From Eubacteriales bacterium (GTDB lineage: Bacteria; Bacillota; Clostridia; Peptostreptococcales; Anaerovoracaceae), in assembly GCA_028680875.1 (NCBI GenBank), contig JAQUJQ010000001.1, positions 1 to 49,165 on the forward strand: 49,165 nt of DNA. Direction: 5' to 3'. This document shows, one piece after another, positions 10,484-19,014 of this stretch. The position numbers and the translations under genes are program-made. The notes below the pieces were generated by a model. That model was not told the origin of the DNA and did not search any database. It worked only from the letters and a program-made list of their open reading frames with translations. The first letter of the stretch is position 1. The number at the start of each line of letters is the position of its first letter.

Positions 10484-11314
10484 ATGAGCAACATAAAACT
10501 TTTTCAAGATAAGAAAATCAGAACATATCATGATGAAATTCGTGATCAATGGTATTTTTCTGTAGTTGATACAATTGCAGTATTGACCGATAGCACCATT
10601 CCAAAACGTTATTGGAGTGACCTGAAAAAGAAACTCACAAAAGAAGGAAGTCAGTTGTACGAAAAAATCGTACAACTGAAATTCGAAGCAAATGACGGAA
10701 AGAAATATGCAACAGATTGCTTGGAAACCTCTCATTTATTGCGTTTAATTCAATCCATTCCTTCGCCTAAGGCTGAACCATTTAAAGTGTGGTTGGCAAC
10801 GGTCGGCTATGAACGTTTGCAGGAGATTGAAAACCCAGAATTGGCTCAGGAACGCATGAAAACGTTATATGAGCAGAAAGGTTATCCCAAAGACTGGATC
10901 GACAAGCGACTGCGTGGTATCGCCATACGTCAGAACCTTACTGATGAGTGGAAGAAACGGGGCATTTCATCAGAACAAGATTATGCTATTCTCACAGCCG
11001 AAATTTCGAAAGCCACATTTGGACTTACACCCTCTCAATACAAAGATTTGAAAGGACTTACCAAGAAAAACCAGAATCTGCGTGACCACATGGATGATTT
11101 GGAATTGATTTTCACCATGCTCGGGGAACGAGTCACCACCGAAATCTCGGAAAAGGAACAGCCAGAAACCTTTGACGAGAATAAAAAGGTGGCAAAACGC
11201 GGTGGAAATGTGGCCGGAATAGCCAGAAAACAGACAGAGAAGGAGTTAGGACGTAGCGTGGTTTCACGTAAGAATTTCTTGCCAGATATTGAAGAAAATA
11301 AAGATACTCAATAA
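10484..11314 (+). CDS. Bro-N domain / DinD-like (DNA-damage-inducible protein D family) protein embedded in the cas operon
   Basis: The ATG at 10484 lies 5 nt after the cas9 stop. The stop lies 8 nt before the cas1 start. The N-terminus FQDKKIRTYHDEIRDQWYFSVVDTIAVL is Bro-N-like. The C-terminal segment KGLTKKNQNLRDHMDDLELIFTMLGE resembles E. coli DinD KGLKKNQKILDHMGSTELAANLF, as I recall that sequence. Confidence 0.65.
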   Translation: MSNIKLFQDKKIRTYHDEIRDQWYFSVVDTIAVLTDSTIPKRYWSDLKKKLTKEGSQLYEKIVQLKFEANDGKKYATDCLETSHLLRLIQSIPSPKAEPFKVWLATVGYERLQEIENPELAQERMKTLYEQKGYPKDWIDKRLRGIAIRQNLTDEWKKRGISSEQDYAILTAEISKATFGLTPSQYKDLKGLTKKNQNLRDHMDDLELIFTMLGERVTTEISEKEQPETFDENKKVAKRGGNVAGIARKQTEKELGRSVVSRKNFLPDIEENKDTQ

Positions 11315-11322
11315 TTGTACGA

Positions 11323-12586
<1,264 letters not shown>

Positions 12587-12691
12587 TAAATAAGTAAGCC
12601 TATCATAATGATAAGCTTACTCTTTATCGCTATTATTTGTTTTTTAATCCACACTATATATTGTTGATTTACAACAAATTACATCAAATGT

Positions 12692-13353
12692 GGTGTCTGC
12701 GATATATCAAAGATACAAATTTTAAAGCAAATCACAACACTCCCCTAAACCTATCGGAAATCTTCTTCGGTGTCTGCGATATATCAAAGATACAAATTTT
12801 AAAGCAAATCACAACCCATCATCTGAGAGCGTATATCGTAATAGTGGTGTCTGTGATATATCAAAGATACAAATTTTAAAGCAAATCACAACATAGGCGT
12901 AAACCTTATGCGAATAACTTGCGGTGTCTGCGATATATCAAAGATACAAATTTTAAAGCAAATCACAACTTGAACCTCGGTGAGCTTATCAAAGAACAGG
13001 GTGTCTGCGATATATCAAAGATACAAATTTTAAAGCAAATCACAACTGAGCCATGAGAGAGCTGTCAGATAGACACGGTGTCTGCGATATATCAAAGATA
13101 CAAATTTTAAAGCAAATCACAACACCCCCCTAAACCTATCGGAAATCTTCTTGGTGTCTGCGATATATCAAAGATACAAATTTTAAAGCAAATCACAACC
13201 TTATTGCGATTCTCTCTTTCTTAATGGGGGGTGTCTGCAATATATCAAAGATACAAATTTTAAAGCAAATCACAACATCGGTTTTTTCACTTTGATTTGC
13301 CGGTTCGGTGTCTGCGATATATCAAAGATACAAATTTGAAAGCTATTCACAAT
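12692..13353 (-). CRISPR. CRISPR array part A: 9 repeats and 8 spacers
   Basis: The 47-nt repeat on the plus strand is GGTGTCTGCGATATATCAAAGATACAAATTTTAAAGCAAATCACAAC. Repeats start at 12692, 12769, 12846, 12923, 13000, 13077, 13153, 13230 and 13307. Spacers are 29-30 nt. Repeats 3 and 8 each carry a 1-nt variant. Repeat 9 (13307-13353) is a hybrid: nt 1-31 are perfect and there are 4 changes in nt 32-47. Strand '-' is the crRNA sense inferred from tracrRNA complementarity. Confidence 0.95.
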
Positions 13354-13386
13354 AAATACTGATAGTCAATTAGTTACATTGCATTA

Positions 13387-13543
13387 AGAAACGGTTTAGA
13401 ACCACTTTGTACAAAAGAGGTTTTATTTTTGCAGTTGTAGCGTGTTTCTTTGCTATTCTTTTCCGTTGATTTCAATTTCAAGAAACAAAAAACCGTTTCT
13501 CAAACGTTTCTCGTCAGAAGATTTCCGTTTCTCAACCGTTTCT
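13387..13543. promoter_or_regulatory. cluster of putative integrase/Xis arm-type sites (left arm)
   Basis: AGAAACGGTTTAGAACC is at 13387-13403. AAACCGTTTCTCAAACGTTTCTC is at 13491-13512. CCGTTTCTCAACCGTTTCT is at 13525-13543. The last two are reverse complements of the dyad seen at the right end. Confidence 0.5.
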
Positions 13544-13560
13544 TGTGACAGCAAAAGTAC

Positions 13561-13588
13561 AAAAAATCCCGCACTTTCGGGCGGGATT
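13561..13588 (-). terminator. intrinsic terminator after the lysis cassette
   Basis: The minus strand reads AATCCCGCCCGAAAGTGCGGGATT followed by T6. The site lies 26 nt downstream of the spanin-like gene. Confidence 0.6.
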
Positions 13589-13613
13589 CAGTTGGTTGTA
13601 AATAGGATCGAGA

Positions 13614-13994
13614 TTATTTCAGCTTCCATACAAAATAAATGCAGACTAACAGCAGAGCAAAGAGAGCAATGCGACCGCACCAAATTTGGAAACTCTGCCA
13701 GCTTGTAAGCGGTACTTTTTCCTGTTTGACCACTTCCACCGGATAAGGAACTCGGATTGTGTCGTTGATAAAAACTGAGTCTTTGACAATGCGGTTTTTG
13801 TACAGGTATCTGAATTTTTCCAGAATCAAGGTATCGCCTTTATCCTTCACAAATACAGAATCGTAACGGAAAATTGAGTCTTTGACGAAATTATCCCGGT
13901 ACTCGATTTTTGTAGTTGCTACCGGAATGTATTTGACAGATTTGCAGGAATACAACAGAGTTGCTATTACTGCGAAAATAAGTATCTTTTTCAT
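13614..13994 (-). CDS. unimolecular-spanin-like lipoprotein
   Basis: 126 aa. It has an N-terminal lipobox (MKKILIFAVIATLLYSC) and a C-terminal TM helix (IALFALLLVCIYFVW). The gene overlaps the endolysin-like gene by 4 nt. This is the architecture of T1 gp11-type u-spanins. Confidence 0.45.
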   Translation of the reverse strand: MKKILIFAVIATLLYSCKSVKYIPVATTKIEYRDNFVKDSIFRYDSVFVKDKGDTLILEKFRYLYKNRIVKDSVFINDTIRVPYPVEVVKQEKVPLTSWQSFQIWCGRIALFALLLVCIYFVWKLK

Positions 13995-14401
13995 TGGATT
14001 TTGATTTTAGTTTGTAGTTTAAAACCTGCCTGTACTGCCGAAATATCGGCGTTTTGTCCGTTCTCAACAAAACTCATTGCTGCAACGATTAGAATATATT
14101 CAGAGCCATCCCGGGCGGTTAGTTTCTTGTTTCGGGGAACCCCCGACCATCTTTCAACATGGGCGATATAGCTTTCTGTATCGTTCTCGATTGACGGTGC
14201 CCAGTGGGCAATGATCTTTTCAATGGTGTTTATTCCCTGGGATAGGTACGTCCCAAGGATTACAAAGCCGGCACGATAGCCGTAAGGCATTGAAGAGAAA
14301 GTTTTGAAACTCTTGTCCCGGCCTTTAATTTCTCCCTGGAACTGTTCGGTATTTTTCCGGATATTCAACGGATTGTTGTTCCTAAGTCCTCTCGATTTCA
14401 T
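13991..14401 (-). CDS. putative endolysin (family often auto-annotated 'structural protein P5')
   Basis: 136 aa. It carries the motif RGLRNNNPLNIR...GYRAGFVILGTYL...IIAHWAPSIENDT. The gene sits between the holin and the spanin. Muralytic function is inferred from this position. Confidence 0.5.
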   Translation of the reverse strand: MKSRGLRNNNPLNIRKNTEQFQGEIKGRDKSFKTFSSMPYGYRAGFVILGTYLSQGINTIEKIIAHWAPSIENDTESYIAHVERWSGVPRNKKLTARDGSEYILIVAAMSFVENGQNADISAVQAGFKLQTKIKIQ

Positions 14402-14403
14402 AT

Positions 14404-14841
14404 TTATTCCTCCTGCTTTTTTGAGTTTAGAAATGAAATGAGGGTTTGAATTTCCTCTTTGTTTTCAAAGAGTTTGAGCAGGACCTTTTGAATTTCATCC
14501 ACGTTTTTGGTTTCCTGCCTCAGGTTCTCAAAAACGGACTTCGCTTCAACCAAGACAATCCCGATAGCTCCTATTACGGTGAAGTACGGCATATCGAAAA
14601 CCACGCTTGCCACAATATCAGCAATGGAAAGCATGATCATTAAACCGAAATAACTTGTCAGTTTGGTAATAGTGCGGCGATAGCCGAAACTGGTACGGAC
14701 GATTTTCAGGCGTTTTGCGCGCCTTACTCCGAAGAATAGGTCAATCAGCACGGACAGAAAAACACAAGTGTAGAGGACAGCCAAAACCGTGAGCAGGGCA
14801 TTCAGATTGCCCCAGTCTTTATTTATTATTAATCGTATCAT
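14404..14841 (-). CDS. phage holin-family membrane protein
   Basis: The start was moved to the ATG at 14841 because the track's start at 14883 is a TTG lying inside a terminator hairpin. About 145 aa with 3-4 predicted TM helices. It lies immediately upstream of the endolysin-like gene. Confidence 0.6.
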   Translation of the reverse strand: MIRLIINKDWGNLNALLTVLAVLYTCVFLSVLIDLFFGVRRAKRLKIVRTSFGYRRTITKLTSYFGLMIMLSIADIVASVVFDMPYFTVIGAIGIVLVEAKSVFENLRQETKNVDEIQKVLLKLFENKEEIQTLISFLNSKKQEE

Positions 14842-14881
14842 ATTTGTTTGAATTTTAATGTGTTGTTGATTTGGATTATTC

Positions 14882-14911
14882 AAAAAAATCCCGCTCTTTC
14901 GGGCGGGATTT
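14882..14911 (-). terminator. intrinsic terminator after the DUF6266-like gene
   Basis: The minus strand reads AAATCCCGCCCGAAAGAGCGGGATT followed by T7. The hairpin is nearly identical to the one at 13561-13588. Confidence 0.55.
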
Positions 14912-14941
14912 GAGCAAGAAAACGAATATTATTGCCTACGC

Positions 14942-15580
14942 TTAGGCAACTGTTACAGAACCCAGATAAACACTATTTGCAACCTCTTTAGCATCTGCGG
15001 AAATAAATCCCAAATACACTTGGACTTCTTCTCCCATCCAGTCGGCAGGCACAGAAACCGTTTGAGTTACGGTGGAGCGGGCTTCCCCTGCGGATACGGT
15101 TACCGCTTCGCCTTTGTCGGCATTCAGCACGGCAATCAGAGCTTTATCGGTTGCTTTGGCAGTACTTATGCCGGTGTTGTCGTCCCAGGTAACCGTAACG
15201 CTTCCACCTGCGGCGGTTGCTGCTCCATTGGTTGCCGAAGTTAACGAACCACGGGAAATGAGGGCAGAACCGAAGTTCAACTGATAATCGGGATAATCGC
15301 CCGAAATGGCATTTGCCAGCGTGTAAGACATTGCGGCATTGAAAGCCGTCTGTTTGTTGGCGTAAAGTTTGAAACCTGTACGCACAACGTCAGTCAACGG
15401 TTTGAGAAAGTCCAACGCAAGCGCAAATTTGCTTCGTTGGCTCAACTGTCCGTCCGTGCGCGGATTCTTTACACTTTGGGCTTGGCTACGCATATACGAA
15501 ATGCCTTTCCAACTCCCACCTATGACCGTTCCGACCTTGCCGGAAAAGCCACCTAAGATACCTTGTTTAATTGTTCCCAT
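14942..15580 (-). CDS. DUF6266-like protein (function unknown)
   Basis: 212 aa. The N-terminus MGTIKQGILGGFSGKVGTVIGGSWKGISYMRS...DGQLSQRSKFA matches my memory of the Bacteroidota DUF6266 family. GC content is higher than in neighbouring genes, by eye. Confidence 0.45.
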   Translation of the reverse strand: MGTIKQGILGGFSGKVGTVIGGSWKGISYMRSQAQSVKNPRTDGQLSQRSKFALALDFLKPLTDVVRTGFKLYANKQTAFNAAMSYTLANAISGDYPDYQLNFGSALISRGSLTSATNGAATAAGGSVTVTWDDNTGISTAKATDKALIAVLNADKGEAVTVSAGEARSTVTQTVSVPADWMGEEVQVYLGFISADAKEVANSVYLGSVTVA

Positions 15581-16972
15581 TTTACAACTTTTTTAAAGGG
15601 TTATTGATTCGATATTAACTTGGACTTGGTAATAAGCAAATACGGCTCAAACCTTATCCGAATGCAAATGTAATTAGAGGTAATTATCTGAATATCATAT
15701 TGGTTTCTTATGCTTTAGCTTGCTTTAACCTGCCGTTTCCCTCGCAAAAAAACACGAAAAGGAAAAAGAAAATGTAAACGCCATATTACTGCAAGAAAAA
15801 GCGAAGAGAAACGGAGCGTTGAGGCTGTCAAGGTTTTTCGGCGAAATACAACCCGAAGCGTAGCGGAGGTGTGGAGATTTTGGCGAAAACCCGCAGGGCT
15901 TGACCTTTACAGACTTATTTTCTTGCTGTTATCTTTGTGAACATTTTTTTTGTCGCTCTTTGATTACAGTGAAATCCTGCGTGGAACGCAAATGAAATAA
16001 TTTTATCAACTGCATTTCTTCAGGGGTGGGTGGTCGGGGGCTGTGTGTGGGCGAAGCAGGATTTAAACCGAAAACAGGTAAAGCAGCCTTGAGCCGGAAC
16101 GGAGCGGTGAAAAACAGGCGGAGCGATAGCGAAGTAGTTTTTTGCCAGCGTAGTGGAGAGGCGCGAGCCGTCTGCGAGTGGAGCGAGGGTGGCAGACGAG
16201 GGTAGCCCGGAACGCAGTGAGGGCTTCGACTGCCTACGGCTTTGCCGCAGGGCTGGCGGAGTTTTTGTTTGGAGCGTGCGTTGGAAAAGGCAAGGGCTGG
16301 ACGAAATGAGGAAGTAAAGTGTAACGGAACGGACGAATGGAGGACAGCTCTTGTGTGGGGTGGCTGTGCGGTGTGAATGACGGAATGGAGAGCAACGGAA
16401 TGACAAAATGAACACGGCAAAAGCCACATTGAAAGCGACTACAAAAACTGTGACAGCCCGATTAGCCCGAGCGACCCGCAGGCGAGCAAAACAATAAGTG
16501 GCGACTGCCCCCAATTATAAATCAAACTAATCCTTATTGGGGTTTTGGGGGCAGGTGCAGCCACGAATGAGGATTGAACGAGCGTGTGTAGCAAAACAAG
16601 CTGACACGCCACGAGGAGCACCTACCGGAGCGCAGGAGTGAGTGTGGAAGTATTAGCTGTCAAGGGCAGACGGAAAAACACTACCCGAAGTGAAACGGAG
16701 GTGTGGAGGTTTTTTCAGGCTGCTTGTTTTACCCTTGCAGCTATGTTTTTGCGAACAAAGTGAGTGATTGACGAATACCTTTTTACCTGTTCGATTTAAA
16801 ATCCTGCGTGGGCAGGTTAGACAAATAATTTATACCGCTTAAATTGAAAATTCCCCAAATCCCCAAAATGGGGATATGGGGAATTCTGGGGAAATTAATC
16901 TTAGCAGATCGTATATTTGCCTACTATTTTCTAATTGACCAATAATTGACCATATTGACTAATAAATGACTA
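15581..16972 (+). other. 1.39-kb ORF-poor, GC- and purine-rich (plus strand) region; candidate structured RNA(s) or replication origin
   Basis: Only low-complexity antisense ORFs are present. Two related ~185-nt units lie at 15824-16010 and 16656-16845. Promoter-like TATCTTTG and TATGTTTT boxes occur on the plus strand. A long-range pairing joins AAATCCTGC (15972-15980) with GCAGGATTT (16056-16064). Confidence 0.3.
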
Positions 16973-18295
16973 CTAATTGACTAATTCAAAATAGCTACCA
17001 GCCCCATATCCTTTATTAATCAGCAACTTAAACTCATTTACCAAATTGTGCAATTCATTGGTTGCCATCTGTCGGGATATTTCATTTATTTTCTGGTATT
17101 CGGCATTCGTAATCCTTCCGTTTTCTTTCACATACAGTACGGCTTTAATCTGTCTATCGTTCAGACCTAACTTGCTTAAATCCTCCTTGTTGTATTTGTC
17201 TCTGCGGAAAATAGTCCAAAAATCGTTGCCACTGCAAGAGATTTGAGGAGTGGGAATTTTTGCTTCCTGACATAAAATCCTCATTTTGTCCATTCCACGC
17301 CCCCAAGATTCGACATAACCACTACGGAAAAATGCAGTTGCAATATCAGGATTGTGAGGTTGAGAGGAATGTTTGTTCAGCAAATCTTCAACTGTCCAGT
17401 TTTCAGGCAGTTTCCCGTAATTCCAAATCATAATCTTATCGGGGTAAACGCTAATTTGAATCGGATAAGGACCTGTATAATCTTTGTGCGAAACCGCATT
17501 AAGCAGGGCTTCACGTAAAGCGTCTTCGGGGTATTCGTAAGTTTCAATACGGTTGAGCCCCTGATAAGTGATTAATGCCTTGCCGTATTTCGTTAGCAAA
17601 AGATCCATTGTTTTTTCGACTTGCTCAAACAAGTTGCCGTTGATCACGTCATGGAATAACAAGTCACTGTTGGTACGAAAAAAGCCGATTTTGATATATG
17701 CTCCTGACACAAATTTTTCAGGATCGGGGTGAAAAAGCAAGATTGCAGCACGTTTCAAATAACCGTTATCTGTGAGTTTCAGATTATTCAGTAAAACTTC
17801 ATTTGTATCTGTCAGCACACCGCTATCAAGCCTTTTACTCTTAATACCTTTATTGCGAAAAAAGTCGAATGTTTCGGATTTTAAATCGGCAACTGACACA
17901 TTGGGAATTGATACACCATCCCAGTGTTTGCCCTGCTTTTGGAGCAAAAATTTGTCTAATGCCATGCCTTTTAATTCTTGCTTGGTAGAACCGCTACGGA
18001 AATGGTACTCGCCCTTGTAGTTTACCGGATTAGGGTGTGACTCAACTATAATCTCGATATAATCGCCTTGTTCAGACTGGTACAGATTGACCGGGGCAAC
18101 GATTCCCAGAATGGTGGTTATCTTGTTGGGCAGGTCTTCCAATAATTTCTTAGCATTCTTTACTCCTACCACATTGCCGTTGTCGTCTTTACCAATGTAG
18201 AGTGTACCACCCTGAGCATTGGCAAAGCCACATATCCATTTCAGGTATTCGTCTTTCCAAACGGATTTGTATTCTATGTTTTGAGTTTCGGGCAT
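16973..18295 (-). CDS. AlbA_2 (Schlafen-like) DNA-binding + ATPase-like + wHTH protein ('RecG-like' regulator family)
   Basis: 440 aa. The N-terminus ETQNIEYKSVWKDEYLKWICGFANAQGGTLYIGKDDNGNVVGV is typical of the AlbA_2/divergent AAA-4 domain. The C-terminus has a wHTH (...RITNAEYQKINEISRQMATNEL...). Confidence 0.7.
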   Translation of the reverse strand: MPETQNIEYKSVWKDEYLKWICGFANAQGGTLYIGKDDNGNVVGVKNAKKLLEDLPNKITTILGIVAPVNLYQSEQGDYIEIIVESHPNPVNYKGEYHFRSGSTKQELKGMALDKFLLQKQGKHWDGVSIPNVSVADLKSETFDFFRNKGIKSKRLDSGVLTDTNEVLLNNLKLTDNGYLKRAAILLFHPDPEKFVSGAYIKIGFFRTNSDLLFHDVINGNLFEQVEKTMDLLLTKYGKALITYQGLNRIETYEYPEDALREALLNAVSHKDYTGPYPIQISVYPDKIMIWNYGKLPENWTVEDLLNKHSSQPHNPDIATAFFRSGYVESWGRGMDKMRILCQEAKIPTPQISCSGNDFWTIFRRDKYNKEDLSKLGLNDRQIKAVLYVKENGRITNAEYQKINEISRQMATNELHNLVNEFKLLINKGYGAGSYFELVN

Positions 18296-18303
18296 TGTGT
18301 TAT

Positions 18304-19014
18304 CTATTTTATTTGAGTTGATATGATTTTCCTAAAATTGGAAGCAATCTTCTTTTCTACTTCTATTTCTGACACATTCCATATATTAGAGAGATAAGTA
18401 TGTACAATTTTTATATTACTATTCTCAATATAGGGAGAATCTGTTTCGGTCAAAATCAAATCCTTTGGAATTTTGGATATAATCTTCTTTCCATTTTCAG
18501 ATTGTGTCATTGCAGAATTGATAGAAAAATAATATCCAGACTTTACAATCGACTCTAAAACAGATATTAATCCTGAATACCAATGAAATATTGCATTTTC
18601 AATTTTGTTGTCCAATAACATTTGTAATGTTTCTTTTTCTGCTCGCCTTGAATGTAAACTAACAATTTTGTTTTGACCTTTTATACAATTAAGGACATAT
18701 TCAAAACTTTTAATTTGGATATCTTTGGTGGAAATTCCCTCTCTTGAAAAATCTAAACCAACTTCTCCAATATATGAGGTATTATTCACATACTCTTTAA
18801 ATCTTAAGTACTCATTTGAATGTTCTTTAGCTAATAAAGGGTGAAGCCCCAAAGCTAATCGAATATATTTATACTGTCTCACATGGGAAAAGCCCATGGA
18901 GAAATGACTTGGCAAATTAGTCATTCCAATAGTAATGATTTTTTGTTGCTCATTGTTTGCGATATATTTTTCCGGATTCTGAACCATGTCGAAATGACAA
19001 TGCACATCAATCAT
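18304..19014 (-). CDS. qatD: QatD, TatD-family DNase
   Basis: 236 aa. It has the TatD metal motif MIDVHCHFD, ...LGLHP... and ...FHWYSG.... The gene overlaps qatC by 4 nt. Confidence 0.85.
   Translation of the reverse strand: MIDVHCHFDMVQNPEKYIANNEQQKIITIGMTNLPSHFSMGFSHVRQYKYIRLALGLHPLLAKEHSNEYLRFKEYVNNTSYIGEVGLDFSREGISTKDIQIKSFEYVLNCIKGQNKIVSLHSRRAEKETLQMLLDNKIENAIFHWYSGLISVLESIVKSGYYFSINSAMTQSENGKKIISKIPKDLILTETDSPYIENSNIKIVHTYLSNIWNVSEIEVEKKIASNFRKIISTQIK

Noticed and set aside
12637-12879. 80-aa plus-strand ORF from the track
   Set aside because: It is a translation of CRISPR repeats and spacers, with the peptide unit CLRYIKDTNFKANHN recurring. The same applies to ORF 35361-35564.
15929-16621. 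Minus-strand ORFs of 166, 164 and 60 aa
   Set aside because: They are overlapping, low-complexity (Pro/Ser/Ala/Arg-rich) frames antisense to a purine-rich tract, with no motifs and no sensible starts. They are treated as noncoding.
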